A stretch of DNA of 64,000 nt from Pirellulales bacterium. Lineage in GTDB: Bacteria > Planctomycetota > Planctomycetia > Pirellulales > UBA7805. The notes beneath the pieces were generated by a model, which saw only the letters and a program-made list of their open reading frames with translations, did not search any database and was not told the DNA's origin. This document shows positions 54,818 through 64,000 of the stretch, piece by piece. The DNA is taken from contig JAQWPY010000005.1 of the NCBI GenBank assembly GCA_029245145.1, positions 11,990 to 75,989 of the forward strand, read 5' to 3'. The position numbers and the translations under genes were made by a program. How positions within the stretch are numbered: position 1 is the first letter of the stretch; each line of letters starts with the position of its first letter.

Positions 54818-56229
54818 GTCAAAACCTCCCTGATGACGCGACCGTGCACATCGGTCAGACGAAAATCTCGGCCTGCATGCCGATGGGTGAATCGCTCGTG
54901 GTCGATACCCAGTTGGTGCAAAATGGTTGCATGCAAGTCGTGCACGTGAACCCGATTTTCAATTGCGCGATAGCCAAAGGGATCGGTCTTTCCATAGATC
55001 GATCCCTGACGGAAGCCTCCTCCGGCAAGACAGCAGGTAAACGCATAAGGATTGTGGTCCCTGCCGAGCAACGATTTCCCTTGCGAACTCAACTCCGTCG
55101 TCGGCGTCCTGCCGAATTCACCGCAGAAGAAGACGATCGTCTCGTCGAGCAAACCTCGCTGGTCGAGGTCGGCAATCAAGGCACCGATTCCGCGATCACA
55201 TTCTTTTGCGCGAAATCGATGTTCTTTTTCGAGTTTGCTATGATTGTCCCAAGGCTGATTTTGTCCGTGCCAACACTGTACGAACCGCACACCTCGTTCG
55301 ACGAGTCGCCGGGCAATCAGCAACTGCCTCCCCTGGGCAGAATCGCCGTACATTTTCTGGATGTATTCGGGCTCACGGTGGATATCAAAAGCATCACTGG
55401 CCGCAGCCTGCATCCGATAGGCGAGTTCGTAAGATTCAATCCGTGCGTCGAGTGCATCGTCTTCTCCAGTCCGCTGACGATGGGCCATATTCAGTTTTTG
55501 CAACAAGTCGAGTTGAAGCCGTTGCTGGGTGAGGCCAATTTTTTGGTTGCGTACATCCGCGACAAGTCGCTCGACTTCGGTATTAATGGTATCGACGAGT
55601 GTCCCTTGGTAGACCGAGGGCAGAAACGCACTCCGCCAATTATTTGGCCCGGCAATCGGCAGCCCCCCAGGACAAAGAACTACAAAGCCGGGCAAACTTC
55701 GATTTTCCGTACCCAGGCCATAGGTAACCCAGGACCCCATCGCCGGAGTCGTCTGCGTTAAAGTCCCACTGTTCATCATCATCAGCGAGGGAGTATGCGT
55801 CACCGAGTCGGTATGCATCGAGCGAATCAAGCACATCTTGTCAACGACTTGACCGATGTGAGGGAAAAGTTCGCTTACCTCAATCCCGCTTTCACCGTAA
55901 GGCTTGAACTTGAAGGGCGAAGCAAAAGCACCGCCAGTCATATTTTCCGTCTCGGGACTTCTCCCGGGAAGTGGCTTTCCGTGGTATTGCTTCAGAAGCG
56001 GCTTGGGATCGAAAGAGTCCATCTGCGACAGACCGCCGTTGAAGAAAATGTGAATCACATGCTTGGCCTGCGGAGCGTGATGAGGCAAGTCACGCTTTTC
56101 CGGGTCCGCAGATACCTCTCCCTCCAACAGGCTCCCCAACCCGAGAGCACCGAACCCCAAACCGGCACGCTGCAACCATTGACGGCGATCGAGTGGAGAA
56201 GGATTCATCGAGTCATCCAGTGGTGCCAC
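54814..56229 (-). CDS. DUF1501 domain-containing protein (tandem paralogue)
   Basis: DRRQWLQRAGLGFGALGLGSLL, HIFFNGGLSQMDSFDPKP, and HAGRDFRLTDVHGRVI. It is collinear with its neighbour along the full length. Confidence 0.85.
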   Translation of the reverse strand: MAPLDDSMNPSPLDRRQWLQRAGLGFGALGLGSLLEGEVSADPEKRDLPHHAPQAKHVIHIFFNGGLSQMDSFDPKPLLKQYHGKPLPGRSPETENMTGGAFASPFKFKPYGESGIEVSELFPHIGQVVDKMCLIRSMHTDSVTHTPSLMMMNSGTLTQTTPAMGSWVTYGLGTENRSLPGFVVLCPGGLPIAGPNNWRSAFLPSVYQGTLVDTINTEVERLVADVRNQKIGLTQQRLQLDLLQKLNMAHRQRTGEDDALDARIESYELAYRMQAAASDAFDIHREPEYIQKMYGDSAQGRQLLIARRLVERGVRFVQCWHGQNQPWDNHSKLEKEHRFRAKECDRGIGALIADLDQRGLLDETIVFFCGEFGRTPTTELSSQGKSLLGRDHNPYAFTCCLAGGGFRQGSIYGKTDPFGYRAIENRVHVHDLHATILHQLGIDHERFTHRHAGRDFRLTDVHGRVIREVLT

Positions 56230-59200
56230 TTAGTCCACAAACATAAATTCGTTCGAAATGAGCAACGCGTGCGCGTACTGCTCCCACGGAGTTTGCAACC
56301 CCGTCCAACGGGGCACCGAGGCAGAGAAAGCCGCCTCGCTCGGCCATGAGTTGAGTCCGTTGAGTTCACCATTTTCCATGACCGACACCTTCCAAACTTC
56401 AATCGGCCAGGTGTAGTCATCGAACCGACTGTGTTCGTTTGCCGAAATGACGAAATCAATTTGCTCACCCTTTTCGACCTCAATTTTTTCAATGCGTATT
56501 CTCTCTTCTTTTTCCTTGGCTCGATAACGCCCCAGTTCACCTTGTCGCGAAGAGACAATGCGAATCGAGATACCATCTCCCCGAACCGCTTCCGGCATTA
56601 AATTGACACGGCCCTTAAAAAGATAGAGCCCTTCTTCAGGTGCCGTAAATCGGCGAACGACCGCATGGTCGTCGCTGGGGCAGCCACCCTTTGCACTCAG
56701 GTACGGCGGGCCCGTAATCTTTTCTTCTTCCCGCCATTTTTTTCCGTCGAAATACTCAAAAGGCCTGAAAACCAATTCTCCCGAATCCGAATCAATCTTC
56801 CCGGTCCCATACTCCCACGCCATCTGCTTCCCATCCACCGCCAGGCTCTGCGGCGCATCGGCCAAAGGTACGCTGAGGAAAGCTTCGGCGAGCGATTGTT
56901 CATATTCGCTCGGCTGACGACCGTAAACCCAATCGTAAAGCTGTTCGACACGACCGGCGAAGCTCTGCGGTGCGATTGATTCAGCGAAAACTCGGTCGAG
57001 TCGTGCAATGAGTTGCCGGGCGCGATCAGCCAGAAATCGGTTGTTCATCAGGTAGAGAGCTTGTTGAGGCACGGTCGTCTTGTTTCGCATCGGCAAGGTA
57101 GCGTCAGGAACACTCACATCGAAAGTCGCTAGAACCCCCGGCATTTGCTGACGATTGACCAGAAGGTAAATACTCCTTCGTCCGCTGCCGAAGTCTTCCG
57201 TAGGCAACCCGCCCACATCCGTATTCAGTTCACCCGATACCGCCAGCAGTGCGTCGCGCATTGCCTCGAACTCGAGGCGACGACGATTCATCCGCCAATA
57301 AAAATGATTGTTCGGATCGACCGCGCGTTTCCCTGCATCGTCTGCACTCGCCTGTTGGTAGGTTGCCGAATGCGTGATCAGACGGTGCAGCGCCTTGAGC
57401 GACCAATTATGTTCTATGAGGTAAGCGGCCAAATAATCGAGTAATTCTCGCTGAACCGGTTCGGAGGACCTGACACCAAAATCGCTGGGAGTTGCAACCA
57501 AACCTTCACCAAAATGCCAGTGCCAAATGCGGTTGGCAATCACGCGGGCCGTGAGAGGATTGTGAGGGCTCGCAATCGCTTCTGCCAACTGCAACCGACC
57601 ACTGCCTTCCATGTAGGGCTCACCGGAATCGACCGCTTCGAAGGGTGCGCCGGAGAGCAGTTGGAGAAATCTCCGAGACGTGGTCGACCCCTTTCTCCGC
57701 CAATCCCCACGAATGTGGATTGCGGCATCCCTGGGAAGATCCCTGTCGACAAGCGTCATCGCGCGGGCCGGCACGGTATCAATGAATTGCACCAGCGTAT
57801 TCTGTGCCTCTTGCTGGAGAGACCTGAGATTATTTTTCTCGCTGATGTGATAGAGATTATATGCCTGTTCATCATTATCGACGACCGCGGGAGACCCGTC
57901 GCCGTAAAGTACTAATCGCAACTGCTCGTCCACTTGATTTTCAAATCCCTCGTCGCCCGGGTCGACCTCCAACACTTTTTGCCACTCGGCATGCACCGCT
58001 TCGAGTACTTCCCCGTATACCTGTGCTGCGTCGATCATGGTCGACGGGGCCGCCTGCTCCAGCGCCGTACGCAGACGCGGATTCGTTTGATCCGCAGACG
58101 CGATCAACTCACCGGCCTCTGCAGAAAAAGCGACCGGGTCGAGTCGGGCAAGTCGATGCCAAAGACCGAATATCGGGTCGTTTTCGCGAGCAGAAATATA
58201 CCGCGTCCAGAGAACCACACCTCCATCGGCAACAAGATTGTGTCGCCGCAACAAGGTGCGCTCTGTTTTGTAGTTGAGGTCTGTTTTTGTGCGGTGTGCA
58301 GGCATCGTTTCGTGGACCACGAACTCAAGATAATCACCAACGTACGATCGCATTTCCTGGCGAATTTTCTGCCTTAAACCGACACGCTGTTCATGGTATT
58401 TGGTGATCCGCTTATCAAAAACGTTTTTGAAATTTGCATACTGCGTATCTTCTATGGGGGGTTCTTCGGTCAGCAGGGGTTTCTGATCGTAAGAAGGCTC
58501 TATCGAACTATCGAAAATTCCATACAGCGCGTAATAGTCGTCCATACCAATCGGATCAAATTTGTGATCGTGGCAGCGGGCGCACATGAGTGTCAGCCCT
58601 TGAAATCCACGCATGGTGACGTCAATCTGATCCCCTACGATCCGATGGCGCTTATGGATAAAGCGATTACCCAGGGTCAAAAAACCCATTGCTGCCAGCT
58701 TCCACTGCTCTTCCTCTTCGAGGTCGAGAAGATCAGCGGCAAGTTGATGGCGAATGAAATCGTCAAAAGGCACATCTTCATTTAGCGCACGTACGACGTA
58801 GTCGCGATACGTCCAACCATACGCATATCGCTCTTCCCGTTTTCCGACGCCGATGTATCCTTTTGTATCTGCGTAGCGGGCCACATCTAACCAGTGCCGC
58901 GCCCATCTCTGGCCGTATTCGGGTCGATCAAGCAGGTGATCGACAAAGCTGCCCCAGTCGATTTCGCCGTCGCTGTCAAAAAAACGATCTCGTTCCTCAG
59001 CAGTAGGCGGCAACCCGAGCATGTCAAAGCTGGCGCGACGCAGCAACTGTCGGGAGGAAGCACGCGGTGATGGGCTCAACCCGTTGGCTTCCTGTTGGGC
59101 AAGAATAAAACAATCTATCCCGTTGTTGGGCCATGCCGTGTTTTGCACCTTAGGGATTTCAGGCTGCCTGATCGGTTGCAGCGCCCAATGTGAATTTTGG

Positions 59201-59781
59201 ATTTCATCAATCCTCTCAATGGGAGACGCTCCCCCCTGTTCCTCCGGATCGACCGGCCAAGGAGCACCCATTTCAATCCATTGCCTTACCAAGGCAAGTG
59301 CCTCGGGGGGTAGAGGGTCGTCGGGCGGCATTTGCAAATCCTCGTTCTTGTAGCTTATCGCTTCAAAAAGGAGACCCTCTTCATCCGTTTCATTTGAAAG
59401 AACGGGGCCCGAGTCGCTGCCTGCAAAAAAGGCTTCTCGGCGATCCAAACGCAAACCACTTTCCTGCTTTTCAGCGCCGTGACATTCCGTGCAATAGGTA
59501 TGAAATATGGGGCGGATATGCTGCTCGAAAAAATCGGTCTCTTCCGAGGTCGCAGCCCACATTGCGGACGGACCGGTTGCGGCAAACAGCAGCACAGAGG
59601 CACTGGCCCGAATCGAGAGCGGACGAGCCAGTGAGGGTACCACGGTGAGAAATTTAGCAACCGAAAAAAGAATCAACATCATCCACCGGCCGAGAATTCC
59701 GGCAGTTGCGGGGGATGCAGTGCAAGTTGTACCCCTGAACTGAATCCCTGTTGGAGGGGGGGTTAGACGGTTCGGCCGCAA
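56230..59781 (-). CDS. PSCyt (planctomycete cytochrome c) / DUF1549 / DUF1553 (PSD1) multidomain protein
   Basis: FFEQHIRPIFHTYCTECHGAEKQESGLRLD (PSCyt-type CxxCH), a central CARCHDHKFDPI motif, and a C-terminal LLISNEFMFVD. The true start may be MMLILFS near 59682. Its stop directly abuts the DUF1501 start. Confidence 0.85.
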   Translation of the reverse strand: MRPNRLTPPPTGIQFRGTTCTASPATAGILGRWMMLILFSVAKFLTVVPSLARPLSIRASASVLLFAATGPSAMWAATSEETDFFEQHIRPIFHTYCTECHGAEKQESGLRLDRREAFFAGSDSGPVLSNETDEEGLLFEAISYKNEDLQMPPDDPLPPEALALVRQWIEMGAPWPVDPEEQGGASPIERIDEIQNSHWALQPIRQPEIPKVQNTAWPNNGIDCFILAQQEANGLSPSPRASSRQLLRRASFDMLGLPPTAEERDRFFDSDGEIDWGSFVDHLLDRPEYGQRWARHWLDVARYADTKGYIGVGKREERYAYGWTYRDYVVRALNEDVPFDDFIRHQLAADLLDLEEEEQWKLAAMGFLTLGNRFIHKRHRIVGDQIDVTMRGFQGLTLMCARCHDHKFDPIGMDDYYALYGIFDSSIEPSYDQKPLLTEEPPIEDTQYANFKNVFDKRITKYHEQRVGLRQKIRQEMRSYVGDYLEFVVHETMPAHRTKTDLNYKTERTLLRRHNLVADGGVVLWTRYISARENDPIFGLWHRLARLDPVAFSAEAGELIASADQTNPRLRTALEQAAPSTMIDAAQVYGEVLEAVHAEWQKVLEVDPGDEGFENQVDEQLRLVLYGDGSPAVVDNDEQAYNLYHISEKNNLRSLQQEAQNTLVQFIDTVPARAMTLVDRDLPRDAAIHIRGDWRRKGSTTSRRFLQLLSGAPFEAVDSGEPYMEGSGRLQLAEAIASPHNPLTARVIANRIWHWHFGEGLVATPSDFGVRSSEPVQRELLDYLAAYLIEHNWSLKALHRLITHSATYQQASADDAGKRAVDPNNHFYWRMNRRRLEFEAMRDALLAVSGELNTDVGGLPTEDFGSGRRSIYLLVNRQQMPGVLATFDVSVPDATLPMRNKTTVPQQALYLMNNRFLADRARQLIARLDRVFAESIAPQSFAGRVEQLYDWVYGRQPSEYEQSLAEAFLSVPLADAPQSLAVDGKQMAWEYGTGKIDSDSGELVFRPFEYFDGKKWREEEKITGPPYLSAKGGCPSDDHAVVRRFTAPEEGLYLFKGRVNLMPEAVRGDGISIRIVSSRQGELGRYRAKEKEERIRIEKIEVEKGEQIDFVISANEHSRFDDYTWPIEVWKVSVMENGELNGLNSWPSEAAFSASVPRWTGLQTPWEQYAHALLISNEFMFVD

Positions 59782-60012
59782 CCGCTTGTGTCGTTACTCA
59801 ATATAATCGGTTTGGCTCCTCCGGTCAACGAAAGGCTTAAGGTAAAAAGAGCGAGCAAAATGCATATTGCGACTCGTTCGATTTCTTTCCGTCATTTGGG
59901 AATTGATCCATTGCCGAGGACGATTACAATTCGGTCTTCGCACCTGCCTGACACCGAAATGTGATGGTCGTCCTTATCGTCTCTCCGCGACCCTCGCTAG
60001 GCTCCAGAATTT

Positions 60013-63000
60013 ATGCCCGCCTCCGATCTACAAATAAAAGGTGCCCGCGAACATAACCTTCGCTCCGTCAATGTCACACTTCCGCGCAACCATTTAATCT
60101 GCCTGACTGGTGTGAGTGGGAGCGGCAAAAGTTCCCTCGCGTTCGATACCGTATTTGCGGAGGGGCAGCGAAGGTACGTCGAAAGTCTCTCGAGCTTTGC
60201 ACGACAATTTCTGGGGCAAATGCCAAAACCGGACGTTGACTCCATCGAGGGACTGAGTCCCACAATCTCAATCTCACAAAAAACGTCGGGCCGCAACCCT
60301 CGGTCAACTGTCGGAACCATTACCGAAATTTACGATTTTCTGCGCGTACTCTATGCGAGGGTAGGGCAGGGGCACTGCCCGCAGTGCGGCCTGCCAGTGA
60401 CCGCGCAAACGCGTGAGCAGATCATCGCGCAGATCATCGGCCTGAGCGACGGGACACCGATCGCCGTCCTGGCACCATTGATTCGAGGCCAGAAGGGAGA
60501 ATTCCGCGATCTGTTCACCGATCTTCTCAAACAGGGATTTTCGCGAGCACGTATCGATGGCCGGATCGCAAGCCTCAGCGAAGATCAGAGTCTCGATCGG
60601 CAAATGCGCCACAATATTGAAGTGGTGGTCGATCGCTTGAAAATCAATCGTCGCAATCGCACACGACTCGCCGAGGCGGTCGAACTTGCGCTTTCCGTCG
60701 GCAAAGGAAACTTGATTGTCGCAATCGACCCGACGACCGATGGCAAAGCCGCGGAAAGTTCGAAGCCAAAGCAGCAACTGACGGGAGGTGAGTTGCAACT
60801 TTCATCTGAGTTCGCATGCACTCACTGCCAGGTCAGCTTCGCACCTCTCTCGCCACAGCTGTTTAGTTTTAACAGTCCCCAAGGCATGTGCGAGACATGC
60901 GATGGTTTGGGTGAATTTTTTAGCTTCGATCCAATCCTGCTCGTTCCACGGCCCGATCGCTCTGTCCAACAGGGTGCCATCGAACTGCTCGGCAAACTCA
61001 AAGCGATGGGGCGATGGAACCGGCACATTTACAAAGGTGTTGCCGAAACTGTCGAGCGTCTGCACGATCTACCACCCGGCACGATGCTCGAAACGGCCTG
61101 GGAAGAACTCGGTGAGGAACTTCAAAATCTCTGGCTCTGGGGAACGGGCGTTGAACATATCACCTACACCTGGCGCGGTGGCCAGCGCGGAATGAAGCAC
61201 GGGGGCACTTTTGAGGGGATCATCCCGGAATTACTTTCAAAATACCGCAACAGCCGGAGTACTCCCCAAATCCGCAAATTGGAAAAATACATGAACACCA
61301 TTCGTTGTCCCGACTGTGAAGGACAGCGATTAAATCCGCAATCGCGGGCGGTGCGAATTGCATCGGGAGATCCCTACTTTGCGGAACAGCCCTCGCGAAC
61401 GCTTCCCGAATTGTGCGACTTGCCGGTCGCCGATGCGGGGCGATTTTTCAGCAAGCTGCTCTTGACCGAAACACAACAGACCATTGCGGAAGAGCTGACC
61501 AAAGAAATCCGTGGGCGGTTAGGGTTTTTAGAAAACGTAGGGCTCGAATATCTGAGCCTCAATCGTACCGCACCGACCCTTTCGGGTGGTGAATCACAGC
61601 GCATTCGTCTCGCTGGTCAAATTGGATGTGGACTTGTTGGTGTCCTTTACATCCTCGATGAGCCCTCGATCGGCTTGCACACGAGAGACAACCAACGATT
61701 GCTCGATACGCTGCAAAGTCTACGCGACTTGGGGAACACGGTTGTCGTTGTCGAGCACGATGAAGATACAATGCGCGCCGCAGATCGGGTGATCGACTTC
61801 GGCCCCGGTCCCGGAGTGCGGGGAGGAGAAGTCGTTGCCGAAGGCGACTGGAAGGAGATCGCGAAAGAAAAGCGAAGCGTTACGGGACAATATCTTGCGG
61901 GCACCGAGGAAATAGAAATCCCTTCCAAGCGGCGGCTGAGCGAAGAAAAAAAACTCCGCATCCTCGGGGCAACACATAACAACCTGAAAAACATTGACGT
62001 CGAAATTCCGTTGGGGATGTTGGTTTGTGTGACCGGCGTTTCCGGCTCGGGGAAAAGTTCACTGGTAAGTGACATCCTGGTCGAATCACTTCGCCGGGAT
62101 TTAAATTTGGGCAAAGGCGAACCGGGGGCACACGCTGCGATCGAGGGCCTTGCCCACCTTGATAAGCTGATCGCTATCGATCAATCACCTATCGGCCGGA
62201 CACCTCGATCCAATCCGGCAACCTACATTAAAGTTTTCGACGAGATCCGAAAACTCTACTCGCAACTTCCCGATGCGAAACGCTGTGGTTACTCTGCAGG
62301 CCGCTTCAGCTTTAATGTTCGGGGAGGTCGTTGCGAGGCATGCGAAGGGTGTGGCGCGAATAAATTGGAGATGGATTTTCTCGCGGCCATCTGGGTACCG
62401 TGCCCGATCTGTGGTGCACGACGATTCAATCGGGAAACTTTAGAGATTCGCTACAAGGGAAAATCTATTGCCGATGTATTGGAGATGGATATCCAGCAAG
62501 CGCTCGAACACTTTGAAAACATCCCCAAAATCCACGACAAGCTACAAACGCTGCACGACGTGGGGCTCGATTACATCAAACTGGGACAGCCCTCGCCCAC
62601 GCTTTCCGGGGGTGAGGCACAGCGGATCAAGCTTGCCCGCGAGTTGGTGAAACGGAGCACTGGAAAGACACTCTACCTGCTCGATGAGCCGACGACGGGG
62701 CTGCACTTTGCCGACATCAAAATGCTGCTTTCGGTACTCAATAATTTTGTCGAGGCAGGCAACACTGTTTTGGTGGTCGAGCACAATTTAGATGTCATCA
62801 AGACGGCCGACTGGGTCATTGACCTGGGACCCGAGGGGGGCGCAGCAGGCGGGCACATCGTCGCCACCGGAACGCCCGAACAAATCGCTAGTCATGCCAA
62901 ATCCTACACCGGTCGTTCACTGAAGCACTTTTTCTCGCAGGGAGACGCTTCGACATCAGCCAAACCTCCACCAAAAAAACAGCGGGAGCCCACTCGCGAA

Positions 63001-64000
63001 ATCGTGGTACGGGGTGCCAGGCAGCACAACCTCAAGGATGTCGACGTAAAAATCCCTCGCGACGCAATGACGGTCTGTTGTGGAGTGAGCGGCAGTGGCA
63101 AGACGTCACTAGCCATGGATACGATTTATGCGGAAGGTCAGCGAAGATACGTCGAGAGCCTCAGCAGCTACGCTCGACAGTTCGTCGCGCAAATGCAAAA
63201 ACCGCTGGTCGAACAGATTGAGGGACTCTCTCCCTCGGTCGCGATCGAACAGCGGCACATGGGGCACACGCCGCGATCGACCGTGGGAACCGTAACTGAA
63301 ATCTACGACTATCTACGGATTCTTATTGCTCGTATCGGCACGCCACACTGCCCCGAGTGCGACTCTGAGATCGGTACACAAACCGTAGATGAAATTATCG
63401 AACGAATATTTGCGCATCCGAGCGGAACCCAACTCTACCTGCTTGCTCCCCTGACTGTTTCATCCGGAGATAAGTACGAGTCGCTCTGGGATCAGGTACG
63501 TGGGCGAGGCTACGTAAGAGTGCGAATTGATGGAAAAACATATTCGGTCGATAGCACACCTGAAATTGATCGCCGCCGGAAGCACGACGTGGAAGTGGTG
63601 GTCGATCGCGTGAAAATCGATAAAAAGTCGCGCGGTCGCATCGCCGAGAGTGTCGAGGCGGCCCTCGGACTGGGCGAGGGCACGATGCGCGTGGCAATCG
63701 TCGACTCGCAGCGGGAAGAGACGGCGTGGAAAGTCGAAGTTCATAGCCAACACTTCGCCTGCGATCAATGCGGACTCAGCTTTGAACCGCTCGGACCGCA
63801 CCATTTTTCCTTCAATAGTCCTCTCGGCTGGTGCGAATCGTGCGAGGGACTGGGAACTGAAACCGGAACCAATCTTTCGGCGCTCTTGCGCGACAGTAAA
63901 CTCTCGCTCCGGGAGGGCGCGGTTGCCATTTGGCCCTCTGTCGACCAGCAGATTTCTCAGTGGATGCTGGACGCAATGTCCGAACAGTTGCGGGTACCGG
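60013..64000 (+). CDS. uvrA: tandem-duplicated UvrA (two UvrA units in one reading frame; 3' partial)
   Basis: ATG at 60013 ([16 protein letters not shown]...[35 protein letters not shown]). My spot translations of several segments found no stop, and the track lists no ORF in this frame, consistent with it staying open to base 64000. Hand translation of 62881..63180 shows the end of unit 1, a linker, then a second UvrA N-terminus ([11 protein letters not shown]...[34 protein letters not shown]). Confidence 0.9.
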   Translation, partial: MPASDLQIKGAREHNLRSVNVTLPRNHLICLTGVSGSGKSSLAFDTVFAEGQRRYVESLSSFARQFLGQMPKPDVDSIEGLSPTISISQKTSGRNPRSTVGTITEIYDFLRVLYARVGQGHCPQCGLPVTAQTREQIIAQIIGLSDGTPIAVLAPLIRGQKGEFRDLFTDLLKQGFSRARIDGRIASLSEDQSLDRQMRHNIEVVVDRLKINRRNRTRLAEAVELALSVGKGNLIVAIDPTTDGKAAESSKPKQQLTGGELQLSSEFACTHCQVSFAPLSPQLFSFNSPQGMCETCDGLGEFFSFDPILLVPRPDRSVQQGAIELLGKLKAMGRWNRHIYKGVAETVERLHDLPPGTMLETAWEELGEELQNLWLWGTGVEHITYTWRGGQRGMKHGGTFEGIIPELLSKYRNSRSTPQIRKLEKYMNTIRCPDCEGQRLNPQSRAVRIASGDPYFAEQPSRTLPELCDLPVADAGRFFSKLLLTETQQTIAEELTKEIRGRLGFLENVGLEYLSLNRTAPTLSGGESQRIRLAGQIGCGLVGVLYILDEPSIGLHTRDNQRLLDTLQSLRDLGNTVVVVEHDEDTMRAADRVIDFGPGPGVRGGEVVAEGDWKEIAKEKRSVTGQYLAGTEEIEIPSKRRLSEEKKLRILGATHNNLKNIDVEIPLGMLVCVTGVSGSGKSSLVSDILVESLRRDLNLGKGEPGAHAAIEGLAHLDKLIAIDQSPIGRTPRSNPATYIKVFDEIRKLYSQLPDAKRCGYSAGRFSFNVRGGRCEACEGCGANKLEMDFLAAIWVPCPICGARRFNRETLEIRYKGKSIADVLEMDIQQALEHFENIPKIHDKLQTLHDVGLDYIKLGQPSPTLSGGEAQRIKLARELVKRSTGKTLYLLDEPTTGLHFADIKMLLSVLNNFVEAGNTVLVVEHNLDVIKTADWVIDLGPEGGAAGGHIVATGTPEQIASHAKSYTGRSLKHFFSQGDASTSAKPPPKKQREPTREIVVRGARQHNLKDVDVKIPRDAMTVCCGVSGSGKTSLAMDTIYAEGQRRYVESLSSYARQFVAQMQKPLVEQIEGLSPSVAIEQRHMGHTPRSTVGTVTEIYDYLRILIARIGTPHCPECDSEIGTQTVDEIIERIFAHPSGTQLYLLAPLTVSSGDKYESLWDQVRGRGYVRVRIDGKTYSVDSTPEIDRRRKHDVEVVVDRVKIDKKSRGRIAESVEAALGLGEGTMRVAIVDSQREETAWKVEVHSQHFACDQCGLSFEPLGPHHFSFNSPLGWCESCEGLGTETGTNLSALLRDSKLSLREGAVAIWPSVDQQISQWMLDAMSEQLRVP

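Noticed and set aside
1-64000. CRISPR arrays, rRNA genes, IS elements or other large repeats.
   Set aside because: Reading through all intergenic regions, I saw no regularly spaced direct repeats, no transposase- or integrase-like ORFs and no rRNA-like segments. The only notable sequence duplications are the paralogous gene pairs (DUF1501 x2, UvrA modules).

Overview
This is a moderately GC-rich, gene-dense bacterial chromosomal segment with about 49 protein genes and one tRNA. I found no CRISPR array, rRNA, transposase or integrase. The gene content points to Planctomycetota, which is an inference. The supporting genes are a PSCyt/DUF1549/DUF1553 giant protein with two DUF1501 partners, a sulfatase, a DUF1254/DUF1214 protein, a BBP7-like outer-membrane barrel, a formaldehyde-activating enzyme homologue and a multiheme cytochrome-TPR fusion. 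Most of the window is housekeeping: hisG/hisI, ribD, ligA, tyrA, purL/purQ, ispE, ilvE, lysS, lolCDE-like genes and tRNA-Ser. The most notable items follow. (1) A plus-strand ORF from 60013 to the window end is absent from the supplied ORF track because it has no stop in the window. It encodes two complete UvrA units fused in frame. (2) A third, diverged UvrA paralogue abuts (stop codon directly followed by start codon) a degenerate GH2-like protein, with a ThiF-family adenylyltransferase 56 nt further downstream. (3) A FabF-like ketosynthase has its catalytic Cys-His-His replaced by Asp-His-Asn. It sits next to a translationally coupled outer-membrane barrel plus MMPL/RND transporter pair with no periplasmic adaptor. 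(4) A four-gene operon runs PSCyt/DUF1553, DUF1501, DUF1501, xylose-isomerase-like TIM barrel. (5) SpoVG carries an inserted zinc ribbon. (6) PurL carries two N-terminal PurS-like modules. (7) A 470-bp intergenic region holds a near-consensus promoter followed by a long hairpin, a candidate sRNA or structured leader. All functional calls rest on by-eye motif recognition in the translations. No database search or folding computation was run.
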